The position numbers and the translations under genes were made by a program. This document shows positions 26,721 through 40,240 of a stretch of 64,000 bases of DNA, in pieces. The stretch covers positions 29,341,197 to 29,405,196 of the forward strand of contig NC_068985.1 of the NCBI RefSeq assembly GCF_001194135.2. The letters are read 5' to 3'. The DNA comes from Octopus bimaculoides. Taxonomy: Eukaryota. The notes beneath the pieces were generated by a model. That model searched no databases, was not told where the DNA came from, and saw nothing but the letters and a program-made list of their open reading frames with translations. The first letter of the stretch is position 1; each line of letters starts with the position of its first letter.

Positions 26721-27836
26721 AGAATTGAATTATCAAGGGTGGAAAACCTTTGATCGTAGGTCAAGAGAGTTAGCGCAATTCTGCATCTAAACAACAATTA
26801 AATATGATATACAAAGCAGAAATATGAATTTTATTCAGAAGCAAACATTAGCTGAAGTGAACATATGAGGCACTAATGAACATGTGGCACCTTAACCTAT
26901 CTCAGAGAATGTCTCTTACCCAATGAAACAATGAACTGGAAAGTTTCAGAAAATTTTGAAGCGATATAAATAAATGGAAAAAAAAAAATTCCCACAAAAA
27001 ATTCTCTCATGTAACAGATCCCATTATCATTACCTATTTAACATTTATTTCCCAATCTGGAGAGAGAAAAAAAACACCTTATCTCAATTGGTCATTATTC
27101 TTAGCAATTTTAACAAGAAAACCTGACTTTCCTACATCTAATTTTATTTCTTCATCACAAATCTTTCTAAGTTTACCTTTCTTAAGCTACAATTTACTTA
27201 CAGCACTACATTACTTTTATTCAGCATATAACCACCACTCTCATTAAATTTCTCATTTGAACTAACTAATAATTATAATTTTAAAATAATATTTGTATTC
27301 AACACGGGCATAAGGCTAGTAAAATTGCTAGTCAATTATATCAACCCTTGTAGTTTGGTATTTTATCAGCCCCACAAAAGGATGAAAGGTAAAACTGACC
27401 TTAATGGCATTATAACTGAGATGTAAAGAACCATAAGAAGTACCACAAGACACTTTTGTCTGACACTCTTACAGTTCTGCTAATCCATAATAATAACAAA
27501 ATGGTAATGACAATTTCTTACATTTTAATAATAACTACAAATTTGAAAGGAAAGCAGTATGATGGACTGAATCGATTCTGTGAAAAATTTTGTACATATT
27601 TTATCAACTCTGAACAGATGAAAAGAAGTCACCTTCAACATGATTTAAACTCAGAAAATAGAGAGAGACTCAAAAATATACTACATTACATTTTTCCAAT
27701 AGTAAAAGACATGTAGCTCTGCTAGCAAATGTCCTTCATTTGCCACAAAAGACTACTGCAATAGAATAGAAAACAAAACTAATACAAACATGTAGATATT
27801 GTAAACATGTAGAGACTATGAATAACATTGATTTAC

Positions 27837-27992
27837 CTTTCCAGCTATACTGCCATCTTCTTTGGTAATATGTCGGTCTCTCAAATAATCAAGACCAGGA
27901 GGAGGAACATAATCATCATCACTAGAAGTTAATCCAAGTTCTTCTCCGTAGCTGATGTGAACCCAATGCCATTGCTCTTGCGGTGTCATTGG
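27837..27992 (-). CDS. GRAMD1: GRAMD1-like exon D, PMTPQEQWHWVHISYGEELGLTSSDDDYVPPPGLDYLRDRHITKEDGSIAGK
   Basis: 156 nt, phase 0-0, with acceptor tacttttacttgtag and donor gtaaat. Resembles the post-GRAM motif WHFVHQCYGNELGLTSDDEDYVPP. Confidence 0.92.
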
Positions 27993-28879
27993 CTACAAGT
28001 AAAAGTACACACATATAGATATAATTAATATTTATATTTACATAATTAATATAATTAATACAATTGCATTATATAGCAAAATATTACACACTATAAGATA
28101 ATGTTTATCCTCTGCTTCGGGTGGTAACAAAAATAGGGGTATTTTCATGCAGACCTTATTTATAAAAGATTTAAGCATTTCCTGAGACAGGAAAACAATG
28201 AGTTGATTCCAGAGAAATATTAGTAACTATGAATGAGAAGATTTAAAACTTTTGAGTGGAAAACATAATATATATCAGTATAATATTATTTTGAAGGTTT
28301 TCATTAATGGAGCATAGGAAGCAGTACTTTGATAGACTCATCATTTCAAGACTCAACTTCTACAACAATGAGACCACACCAAAAAGGTAAGATTAGCCAA
28401 ATCAGCGAATTGGCTATTGAAGGACATCCTAAGTTCAGTTGAAACAGATTAAGACAACAAATCATCTGATATTTCACAAAACTGTGATAGTCAAACAAAG
28501 TGAAGAAAGTTATTGTATTGAACCACTAAGCAAAGCAAAAAAAGCATTTCTGTGAATCACAGAATTTTCCTCTTGGCATCTAGCAGTGGTTTCCCAATTA
28601 CGTTCTGAGTTCAAATTCCACCAAGGTCGACTTTACCTTTCATCCTTTTGGGGTCGATAAATGAATACTAGTTATGTACTGCAGTCAATTTGATCGACTG
28701 CCCCACCTCCCCCAAAATTTCGGGCCTTGTGCCTAGAATAGAAAAGAATACTTGCAGATTTTTACAGAGAACACAGTGCTACCAAAAATACGAAGTAGCT
28801 GACAAGAAATTTAGACTGGTCTGTAGCAAATGATTGAATTACTGATTCACCATGAAGAAAATCAAGTATAGAGATATAG

Positions 28880-29198
28880 GGTAAAAGGGTAAAAAGCCCC
28901 TTCAGTCATGAATGACCATGGGATTGCACCTAGAAAGTTACCCTTCAAGTCACAAGTCTGGGCAAGGCAGTTGCCCATGCATACCAGCCTCTCCTCCCCA
29001 ATCCACCGATGTTATCCAAAGGAAAAGCAAGGTTGCTACAGCTTGGCACCAGTGATGTCAAAACTCATTTCTACAGCTGAGTGAACTGGAGCAATGTGAA
29101 ATAAAGTGTCTTGCTTGAGAACACAGCACACAGCCTGGTCCAGGAATTGAACTCACTACTTCATGATTGTGAGCCCAATGCTCTAACCACTGAACCAT
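28880..29198 (-). mobile_element. tRNA-headed SINE, family D
   Basis: Minus-strand head ggttcagtggttagagcattgggctcacaatc...gagttcaattcc. TSD-like gtatagaga on both sides. An older copy lies near 8975-9170. Confidence 0.8.
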
Positions 29199-29306
29199 GT
29201 ATAGAGACATATAGTTGCATAAAATGATGCAAGCAATTTCCTTTAGACAACCTGCAGACGGTACAATGCAGCAATAACTAACAATATTTGTCATCACTCT
29301 CTTTAC

Positions 29307-29639
29307 CTAATTGACACTTCCTTTAATGTCACTGATATATGCAATGACTTCTGACATTATTGGATTTATTTTATCATTCATCAATTTTAAAGAATCCTTG
29401 TATTTTATCATCATTGCAAGACTTCTGCAAAATAGCATCTCTTCAACCAGTTTGCTATCATCAAGAAATTGTATATATATCAATTGATCGTTTCCATGCC
29501 AGCATGGAAAGCCGACGTTAAACGACGACGACGATGATGATAATGATGATGATGATGATGATTCAAGTTCATTAACTTTATTGCATCTTAACATTTCTTC
29601 TAAGCTTGAGAGTAGCTTTGTTGCTATCAAGGGCAACAA
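29307..29639 (-). mobile_element. hAT (Buster/Charlie-like) transposase remnant interrupted by a short RTE tail (~29490-29562)
   Basis: DQLIYIQFLDDSKLVEEMLFCRSL resembles the Buster-type QLL.FVRY...IKEEFLFCKPL. A hAT-like end tctag-cagtggtttcccaa lies at ~28581-28599. Confidence 0.5.
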
Positions 29640-31064
29640 CTTTGTTTACACCAGAATCGTAGGTAGATATAAGGTGGTCATATAAATATCTTCTAATTCA
29701 AACTAAATCCCAAAAAATCTTAAACTAAAAAAAGCGAATCACTAATTAAACATTAAATAATTTTTTCTACTCTAGGCACAAGACTCGAAATTTTTGAGGA
29801 GAGGGGCCAGTCAATTAGATCGACCCCAAAAAAGGAAGAATTTGCATTGTATCTTCCGCATGTATTTTTTCAATGTTGCATGATTTTGATGGGGTACTCT
29901 TCAAAAACACAGTAGCTTGTCACATTTTGCTGTCCTTTGTCGACTACTTTGTGGTCTTCATTTACCACTTATGTCTGTGTCTTTCTTTGTACCCCCTATA
30001 CTGCACGTTTCTTCTACTTGGGTCATTTGGCATTTCTTTAACCAACTATTGACCTCCATATGAATAATGCATTCATACCAACACAGTTTTCTCTATAGCA
30101 CATCTCAACCACTTTCTCCACCATCCAATTCTCTCAGCTCAACTGTGCTCTGTTGTTGATGAATATTAATACACTTAGGGGAGCATATTTTGTTTCATTC
30201 CTCTCCAGCTTTCATACATTCTCTGCATTTAATGTTTGTATTCTGTTACCAAGCAACATCACACTGTATATATAAGCATCAAACAACTTCACAAATTTAA
30301 GAAACAATTCAACTGCTGAAGGATATTAACAAAGTTAAATTACTCAACATGGAAATTCTTTGTTTTGCCTTGAAGCTGACCTTTTTGTTTAGCCTGTAAG
30401 AAGCTTTTGTCATTGTTTTAAATCAATTACTATTTTTTTTAAATTATATTGATTTCTTAACTTTTAGTACAAGACCAAAACTTTAGTAAAAGGGAACCAA
30501 GTCAATTAAATTGACTCCAGTACATTATAATTCTATTGAATCTGGAGAAATGAAAACAAATTCAACACTGGCATGTTTTGAAATCAGAACAGAAGGGACA
30601 TAACTGCAAAGCATTTACTCCAGCACTCTAATGTTCTCTGTCATTTCCTATATCGGTTGGTAGCTGTCAGGACACTGCATCCTTCAAAATTTCCATGCTT
30701 CCTAAAATTCACCAATGCTATTTCTGACTTGTCTATGAACACTTTCCTCTTTGTGGCTCCTATACTGTCCATTTTGCTGTCTCTCTGTCTTTTATTGTGT
30801 ATTGTGCACGTAATTCTAGCTCTCATTGCCATCTTTCTTCAATTGACTCATGGCTGCTTTCTGTCCCTTTCGTAGTGCTTATTATTAATAAATTCAGTGC
30901 AAATAATGAGACCAAAGGATCTGTTCAATGTAACAAAAGAGATTTTTCAATGGACGTGCCATATACCAGACAATTAGATATTTTAATATCTATTATATAG
31001 AAAAAACTTCAGGTATGAAAATATCACACAGAATGAAGATTTTCAATATGCACAAAATATTTAC

Positions 31065-31241
31065 CTGATCCATCAGGGCATTTTGCCAAATCCTGAACAA
31101 CATCATAAAAGTTTTGTCTCGAGTCCCAAAAGAGGTGAAAAAATATTTGTCTTTTTCTGTAGCTATTTGTATAGCATTTGGTATCACTCGGGCAGTTTTC
31201 TCTTTGGTAATAGCACATATTTCCTTGCATGGAATAGTTAA
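31065..31241 (-). CDS. GRAMD1: GRAMD1-like exon C, LTIPCKEICAITKEKTARVIPNAIQIATEKDKYFFTSFGTRDKTFMMLFRIWQNALMDQ
   Basis: 177 nt, phase 0-0, with acceptor gttgtttatttcag and donor gtaaat. Contains the GRAMD1 signature KEKTAR.IPNAIQ...FFTSFG.RD...MM.FR.WQNAL. Confidence 0.96.
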
Positions 31242-33152
31242 CTGAAATAAACAACAGCATGCAGTATAGATTATATCCAACTCAATGAGATAAATGTCTA
31301 TTTATGGTTCTAAGTTCTAATGTAAAATAACATGTGTCTCTTTCCAATCTAAAATTCAAAAATCATTAGCTCTAAATTCTGTGTCATTCCATTTAGTATC
31401 CACATTCAGAGGCTAGCCACAACATCAATTTGTTTACTCATATTATGGATGGCCAAATGAGAGCAAGCAAAAACTACTTTTCCAACATTCTAAAGTCTAC
31501 TTTTCTCATATCTCTGATCAAGGTTGGTTAGATTTGAACAGAATAAAATATTTTGAGAAAAGAAAAAAAAAAAAAAAAAAAAAAAANNNNNNNNNNNNNN
31601 NNNNNNATATATATATATATATATATATATATAAGGAGTTGGTGTTAGGAAATGCATCAGCCGTAAAAACCCCGCCAAAACAGTGAAAACCTAGAGCAGT
31701 CTTCTACCTAGCCAGCCCCTGTCAAACAGTCCAACCCATGCTAGCATGGAAAATGAACATAAATGTTGATGACGGATAATGATAAGTATGTATGTTTATG
31801 TATGAGTGTGTGTGTGTGTGTGTGTGTGTATATACATATATGACAAGTTACAATGTTCTACGGATATGATGCATTTTAAGATTATGAAACCACATTTGAA
31901 AATGTGATTTCATCATCTTAAAAAGAGTTAATAGATTGCGTGGATTATCCCAACTAGGGTAGTTATCCTGTTTAATTGTCATCAATCATCAATACAGATT
32001 ATCTATGCAGATAATATTAGATAATATGCAAAATAGCTCTATTAATCTGTGACAGATATAGCAACAGTTAAAAGCATTAAGATGAGCCAATACTTCTATA
32101 ATTAAAAGAACATGTCATCTCTGATGATATATACAGAAACACCAGTATCAGAAGAAAAAAGAAGACAAAATGAAAAGGAATATGCAATAATAAAGGAAAG
32201 ATACAATAATCTCAAGATACAGTATCAGATTAAGGAAAAGTTAAAAAGAATAACTGCAAAGTTAGCACAAAATGTTACTGTGATTTAGTCAGTTTTAACA
32301 TGGCAGATCTATAATCAAAAGCATTCTAGCTGTGACCAACCCACCTTTTTGCAGGCATGGTGTATCCTTGAATGCATTAGCCAATGTATCTTTCATTTTT
32401 AGAGACAGGGCATGATTTATGGAAGATTTGGCCACTATTTCTAGCAGATCAAGTGGTCATAGAGAGGATCTTATGCTGATTCAAGAGCAAGATGTATTTA
32501 GATTAAGTATAGATAGGATTTCTATTAGAACATTCATTTTTGATTCTATTTTTCTGGTAAGAAACCTGCAAGTTCTTAGCAAAAAACAAAGAAGATTCAA
32601 CACACAGCAGTCATTAAGCAATAAAATTGTTGGGTATTGTGGAATGACTCATGATAATAAATCAGACAGTTGTGTTTTTGCTCTGGATCATCTCTAACTG
32701 AGCAAACCTATAATCAAAGGCAAACAAGCAATGATCATTGTCTTTTATTCAAATATAGTAGATCTAGGATTTGTTTATCCAATAAAGTTTTAAGCTGGTG
32801 AGGCAGAATCTGAGGGAGATAAGGCTGTTATTTCTAACAGATCAACCAACATTATGTAGAATGATAATTAAAACAAGCTGATAAGCAGAGTCCAGGTGAA
32901 TGTCTATCAGAGTTATGTCCTCAGCCCCCCCCCCCCNNNNNNNNNNNNNCTTTTTTTTTTTTTGCTATTATCATGAAAGTAATGACAGTAACGACACAGA
33001 TCAGGCCTGGATGTTCTTGGGAAGTTCTGTAGGCTGATGACTGGCTTTCATGGCATAACATCATGAAGAATTATGGAAAATTTTGAAACTAGGAAGACTG
33101 GTCAAAAATCAAACAACAATCAAAACCTCGAAAATTCAAGATAGTGAAGATC

Positions 33153-33502
33153 ACCAACCACATGGTTCTGGGTTCAGTCCTACTGCGTGGCACCTTGGGC
33201 AAGTGTCTTCTACTATAGCCTTGGGCCGACCAAAGCCTTGTGAGTGGATTTGGTAGACGGAAACTGAAAGAAGCCCGTCGTATATATGTGTATATATATA
33301 TGTGTGTGTTTGTCTCCCCCACCATCACTTGACAACCGATGCTGGTGTGTTTACGTCCCCGTGACTTAGCGGTTCGGCAAAAGAGACTGATAGAATAAGT
33401 ACTAGGCTTCCAAAGAATAAGTCCTGGGGTCAATTTGTTCGACTAAAGGCGGTGCTCCAGCATGGCCTCAGTCAAATGACTGAAACAAGTAAAAGAGTAA
33501 AA
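33153..33502 (+). mobile_element. SINE family A, 5'-truncated
   Basis: Same body and tail as 41797-42212. Confidence 0.85.
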
Positions 33503-34356
33503 AAAATGAGTGGAAACAAAAGCTAAGAAAACTGGTTTTGTTCAATACAATGAAAACTTGAAGTATATTTCTCAATACTTTCACTAAGATATCTTCGCTT
33601 GAATTAAACTTTCAATTGTGAACAGTTGAAAAAAAAATTTGATACCAAATTTTGTTTTTTTCTGTTTACAATATTTCCATACTTGCGGTTTTGAATAATG
33701 AGGATATTATCACAGATTGTGAGAAAATATAAAAACAACAAACTGCTAACAAGCCAGAGCAATAAAATGCAATTTATTATCTGTAATGTAATAAATTGCT
33801 GATATGAGATACATCAAACTATTTCTGTATTAATGAGCACAAATGCATTGCATTGCTAAAATATTAATAACCTGCTAACATGTCAACTTCAGAATACAAT
33901 TATTAATGTTTAAATCAGTCTAGCTGGTAACTTTAAGGGAAAAGTCTATTGGGAGAATGAAAAGATTCATTGATTTTTTTTTTTTTTTTCACAAACCCAT
34001 AACTATACAGGACACTTAGTTTCATAAATATATGAATATCATTTACTCTCTCTCTCTCATATTGTGTCTGGGGAGAGTCATTTTCTTTTAATGCCTTATT
34101 AATTAACACACACACCGGTTCAGTTTCCACTCATTTACTTATTTATTTTTTCAAAAATATTTGTTGCGTCTTGCAATCTTTTCAATATTCATTGATTCTG
34201 TCCATTATCCAAGCTGCATTCTTTTTGTTTGTTTGTGCACATGTGTGTGAGTCAGTGTACGTGTGCATACACATATGTATGTATGTATGTGTGTATATGT
34301 ATGTATGAATGTGTGTATGCATATCGATATATGTATGCATGTGTGTATGTATGTAT

Positions 34357-34400
34357 GTATTCTGCACATTCATGTGTTTGTGTGTTTATGTGTGTGTTTG

Positions 34401-34475
<75 letters not shown>

Positions 34476-34623
34476 CTCTGTCTCCTTGTGTGTGCATGTC
34501 TGAATGTGTCTGTGAGTGTCTCACACACACACAAACACACACACTCAGACATGCACACACAAGGAGACAGAGGTACACACACACGTGCAAACAAAAACAC
34601 AATCACATGAATATGCAGAATAC
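34357..34623. repeat. Fold-back inverted repeat
   Basis: 34472-34503 is the exact reverse complement of 34545-34576 (32 bp). Outer arms 34357-34376 / 34604-34623 match at 19/20. Confidence 0.9.
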
Positions 34624-35179
34624 ATATATACAAACGAACATAAAACAGATAGAATATTTGGGCCAGATATGACCAGTTTAAATGCTAAAAGGTTAAGCAT
34701 CACTTTACAAACAGCAGCCCTGCACATGGCATGCATGGCTCTCACATGCTATCCCTGCGTCCCTAGTTTGCATGGAAACAAACATTAAGTATAGTTATTT
34801 ACTCTTTACTACAATCTATCTGGTTCTACCATTTATTGCACTAACATGAATGGTAGCAACCTTGATGTTCTGTGTCTGAAAGGTAGAGAGTTGTTAGGAC
34901 TGTTTGATGATAGTTAGGCGGTTAGAAGGTAGTCATACCTAGCTAACTTACTGCCATGGGTAAATTTTAGTTTTCATTATACAGTTAGTGTTTTAAGAAT
35001 TCTGTGATTATCATGGGGTTTTTAATTTTGATTTTTTTTTTTTAAGATGGATGCCTACCATTTTACAGAATGATTGACTGTATACATCGTGCCACCAGTA
35101 CTAAAAAGGCTGTCTGCTAAGGAACTATATATGTACACGCACAGACACACACACAATCTCACTGGCCTTTATTAATATT

Positions 35180-35368
35180 CATCATCATCATCATCATCAT
35201 CGTTTAACGTCCGCTTTCCATGCTAGCATGGGTTGGACGATTTGACTGAGGACTGGTGAAACCGGATGGCAACACCAGGCTCCAGTCTGATTTGGCAGAG
35301 TTTCTACAGCTGGATGCCCTTCCTAACGCCAACCACTCAGAGAGTGTAGTGGGTGCTTTTACGTGTCA
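35180..35368 (-). repeat. RTE 3'-tail copy (very young)
   Basis: Near-identical to 21870-22055. Confidence 0.92.
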
Positions 35369-35713
35369 TTGTATTATTTCATAGTCTTTATGAAATATAT
35401 GTGGCAAATGGAATAAGCTAATTGCTAAATCACATTGTAACAGTTTCCATGTTCCCATACATTTTAATAGCAAAATGAGTATTCTCTTGATAGAAATGAG
35501 TAAAACAGTTCACACGGATGAATGTCACATTATTTCATAATTTAATGAATACATGAAGCAAAACACAAAGCATTTTAATTTGCAAAATTGGAATTTATGA
35601 AAGTTGTTAACATTAGTAGCTAACATGTTGGTAAATGAAGTGCCTGAAATAGGCAGAAGGTTAGAACAGAGTTAAGTATAATTGCTAAATTTTTAATATA
35701 AGAAGGGAGTTGC

Positions 35714-36128
35714 TCTTTTACTCTTTACTTGTTTCAGTTATTTGACTGTGGCCATGCTGGAGCACCGCTTTAAGTCAAACAAATTGACCCCAGGACTTAT
35801 TCTTTGGATGCCTAGTACTTATTCTATCGATCTCTTTTGCCGAACGGCTAAGTTACGGGGACGTAAACACACCAGCATCGGTTGTCAAGCGATGTTGGGG
35901 GGACAAACACAGACACACAAACACACACACACACATATATATACATATACATATATATATATATACGACGGGCTTCTTTCAGTTTCCGTCTACCAAATCC
36001 ACTCACAAGGCTTTGGTCAGCCCGAAGCTATAGTAGAAGACACTTTCCTAAGGTGCCACGCAGTGGGAATGAACCTGGAACCATGTGGTTGGTAAGCAAG
36101 CTACTTACCACACAGCCACTCCTGTGCC
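35714..36128 (-). mobile_element. SINE family A, full length
   Basis: Reverse complement aligns end to end with 41797-42212. Confidence 0.88.
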
Positions 36129-37409
36129 TTATATTCATGATTAAGATCTCATAATTACTGCATCATGGTTTCTGATTTAGGCCCAAGACCAGTAATTTCA
36201 AGGGAGTGGGGGTTAGCCAATAACTTTAAGCCCAGTACTTTACTGATACTTTATTTTATCAAGCCCCAAAAGATGAAAAGCAAACTTAATCTCATCAAAA
36301 TTTGTTCACAGAATATAAAGAATCAGAACATTTTTTTCCAATGCTCTAATGATTCTGTCAATCCCCCATCCTTGATGATGCTGGTTGATTGGCCCTCCAA
36401 CAATTTTGAGAGATCAATTTTTTTTTTTTTTGACAATTATTACTGTTCTATCCATTAAGTTTCAAATAAAAAAAATGTATTACCAGCTGCCAGTTCAGTT
36501 AGCAATTCTACAAGTACTACCTATGGATAGTTCTACATATTCCATACTGTCAATAGTTCTAGAGATGCCATACTTGGACACATTCTCAATGATGTATCCT
36601 AGAGTTAGTTTTGTGAATTAATCAAAGAACTAGGAGCAATTCTCATGAACTTCTCAAGACTTTCAAAACTGATAAGATCAATGTGGTGAACACTGCACAG
36701 AACAATTGTTTTTATAGCTGGATGTTTATTCTACTGTTAACCTCTCAAACATGAAGTAAGTGTGAAGAGCAAACAGAATCATGCATTTTCTCTAGAGTCC
36801 CAAACTCAGTTGTGATATAAGGGTTTGAATACACAACCACACAAGGTGTCATCTACATTTCAACTTACAACAAAGTGCTCCTAATCATATCCAAATACTA
36901 TACTGTGAGGAAGTGTTGTAAACAACAATCTTACTTTAGGATATTAGAATTTCAAACTATATACTAATACTTCTTTCTAACTTTTGGCACAAGGCCAGCA
37001 ATGTCGAGGAAAGTTGTAGTTAATTATATCAACCCTATGCTCAACTGGTACTTATTTTATCAATCCCTTAACTGACAAACGGTAAAGTCGACCTTGGCAG
37101 CATTTAAACACAGAATGTAAAGTACTGAAAGAAACATTGCAAAGCATTTTGTCTGATGCACTAGAAATGTATTCATATTTCATATGTCATGTATTATTTC
37201 AGTTGGAACAGAAAGACCCTCCCAAAAATAAAAAGCAATTCCAATATAACATTTGTTTCCATATTTAAATGGTTTCTGAAAAAATATGTTCAGAAAACAG
37301 TGTGTATATTTGTATTTTCTTTCCAGTTTAGGCTAAAGAAAAAATTGTTTTAAATATTTTGTCATTGCATAGATGTAGAGGGTTAACTTTTGAATATATA
37401 GTTCTCCTT

Positions 37410-37788
37410 GAGTGGAGGCACAATGGCCCAGTGGTTAGGGCAGCGGACTCGCGGTCATAGGATCGCGGTTTCGATTCCCAGACCGGGTGTTGTGAGTGTT
37501 TATTGAGCGAAAACACCTAAAGCTCCATGAGGCTCTGGCAGGAGATGGTGGCGAACCCTGCTGTACCCTTCCACCACAACTTTCTCTCACTCTTACTTCC
37601 TGTTTCTGTTGTGCCTGTAATTCAAAGGACCAAACTTGTCACGCTGAATATCCCCGAGAACTACGTTAAGGGTACACGTGTCTGTGGAGTGCTCAGCCAC
37701 TTGCACGTTACTTTCATGAGCAGGCTGTTCCATTGATCGGATCAACTGGAACCCTCGATGTCGTAAGCAACGGAGTGCCAACAACAAC
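37410..37788 (+). mobile_element. tRNA(Arg-like)-headed SINE, family C, (AAC)n tail, flanked by an 80-bp direct repeat
   Basis: Head ggcccagtggttagggcagcggactcgcgg...ggtttcgattccc. Flanks 37330-37409 and 37789-37868 are duplicated. Confidence 0.88.
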
Positions 37789-40136
37789 AGGCTAAAGATA
37801 AAATTGTTCTAAATATTTTGTCATTGTATAGGTGTAGATGGTTAACTTTTAAATATATAATTCACCATCCATTTCAATAGATTCTATACACAAGAGATTG
37901 TTACAACAATGGATGTATTATTTAGAAAATCACAAGAATTAGCTTTTAAGGCGAACATTTTGTAGTAAAATAGAAAGGAAAATGATGTTAGGAGATATCA
38001 TTAGAGAAGAGAAGAAATTGAAAACTAAATTGAATGGAATGTAATAAAATCTCTAAAAATTTATTTTTCAAAATTTGACATAGAATGATGGCAGAAAACC
38101 AGAAATTAATTATAAAATGGCAACAAGTTATTTTCCTTTCAGAAATTTGTTTGCATGTTTTTCTTTCTTTGACAGGCAATCAAATGAGAACTAGTATAGT
38201 TGCATTAAAGTGAACATAGCGGTGCAGGCATAGCCATATGTTTATGATCGCTAACAAACATGGTTCTAAGTTCGATCTAACTGCAAAAGACTTTGGACAA
38301 GGGCCTTCTTACATTAGCCTTGTGAGCAAAGTTTTGTGAATGAAATCTGGTAGACAGAAATTTTACAGAAGCTTATTGGATATATATATATGTATGTTGT
38401 AACTGGATGGATGCCAGAATTGATAGTATCAAGCAATGTACCTAGTGGTATTTAGTTACATCCCTGCCCAGATCAACTTTGCTTTTCCTCTTTCCAAGAT
38501 CAATAAAATAGGTACTAAACAAAATACTAGAATCAATGCAAAAAAACTAACCCTTTCAATGTGGTTTCCTAGTATTCTTTTATATTGAATGTTTGCTTTT
38601 CTATGCTAATATGAATTAGACAAACATATTATTGAGGTGTTGTTTTACAGCTGAATGCCTTTCCTGTCATTAATCCTTACTTGTTTTTCAAGGGAGGGAC
38701 TTCTTATTTCACACACTGCCAAAGACACAAAGTCAGTGGATGACTTTAATGACATCACCACTAGGTCCAAGACATGCAAATGTAAAGAAACACACACACA
38801 TACACTCACTTTATCATTATTATCATTGTTTTAATGTTTGATTGCATGGTGCAGACAAATTTCATTGAAGAAAATTTTCTACAGCTGGATGCCCTTCCCA
38901 TTGCTAACCCTCACTTATTCCCCAATGGCTGGAAATGTTTTCATGGAAGATTGGAAACGAGGGATTCCACTTGTGTAATGGTGACACTCATTTATAACTA
39001 TCTTTTGATGCCAAAACAAGCAGACACATGCACACACAGATATATGAATGACAAATTTCTTTCTGTTTCCACCTACTAAATCTACTCACAAAGCTTTGTT
39101 CATCCTAGAGCTATAATAATAGACATTTTCCCAAGGTGCCATGCAGTGGGTCTGAACCTGAAAGCAGGTGGTAGTGAAGCAAACCACTTGAACTGACATC
39201 AAGAATGAAAACAAAGAATATGTTACAAACAATAAGAATTAGTACCAAGGTTTATGATATTCCACATGACATGTTTAATGGCTCATATTTTGTTAAAACT
39301 GAAGTAAACCATTGCAAGCAAGAACCATTAATATTGTAATTGCACACGTCATCCATAATCTATGATTTACTGAATTAAATGCAGCAGCTGAATCAGCTGT
39401 AAGTGATACAAGCAGAGACCATCATATGCATCTTTGTAGATAATGTTACACAACCAAATCAGCAAATAAAAATCATTAACAACTGAGATAAGTGTCTAAC
39501 CCTTACTGCAGGAGAACTGAGCATGTGCACTTGAAACATAGGAACTGAGTCAACACATTTTTGATGGTGGTGTACTTTCCAGATTTCTCCACATTTCATA
39601 TGATATAGTACAAACATTTTATTTTATTTCAACAAATCAATACAGTACCTGCATGGTAGTATGCAAAATTTTAATCAGTACAATGAGGGCGTATTTTTGC
39701 CAAAGAAAAACTCAGAGTAAGTTAACATCATGTGAAGAAGCACCCATTAGACTCCTGGAGTGGTTGGCATTAGGAAGGGCATCCAGCTGTAGAAACCAAG
39801 CCAAATCAGACTGGAGCCTGGTTCAGCTCTCCAGCTCATCAGCTCCAGTGAAACTGTCTAACCCATGCCAGCATGGAGAGTGGACATTAAATGATGAATG
39901 ATGAATTTGATGTCCAAGCAGGAATCTGTTAAGGCTCCCAATCTGAATCCTTAATTTGTCTCTGATCTAGATATCAAACAACAAATACCATCTGGCATTG
40001 CGAACACTACATTCCTGATAGACAGGTGCTGCCATCAGACATTTAATTGTCTGATTTTGACATTTTTTTTTTAATCTATTGCTTCAAACAAATAAAAACG
40101 GTTAGATATATGTATAATATAAAGAACATTACTCAC

Positions 40137-40240
40137 CACAGTCTCCCATCTAAATATGTTTGCATAGAAGCAGACCCAGTTCTGAGAAATGAACATGCGA
40201 CCATGCACAAGTATGTCTTTTTGAAGCGCACAAGAATAAT
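40137..40240 (-). CDS. GRAMD1: GRAMD1-like exon B, (D)YSCALQKDILVHGRMFISQNWVCFYANIFRWETV
   Basis: 104 nt with acceptor ttgtgtttcag and donor gtgagt. Carries the GRAM core motif DYSCALQ.DIL..GR.Y/F.S.NW.CFY.NIF.WET. In frame with exons A and C. Confidence 0.95.

Noticed and set aside
32121-32152. CTGATGA...GAAAC...GTA hammerhead-like string
   Set aside because: No stem II (TATATACA) and no stem I pairing. Other CTGATGA hits (~7074, 7766, 16307, 43577) also lack the fold.
34182-34788. Stacked ORFs rich in HT, CV, YI or SL (also near 11836, 18172 and 5919)
   Set aside because: They are translations of dinucleotide microsatellites, which lack stop codons.
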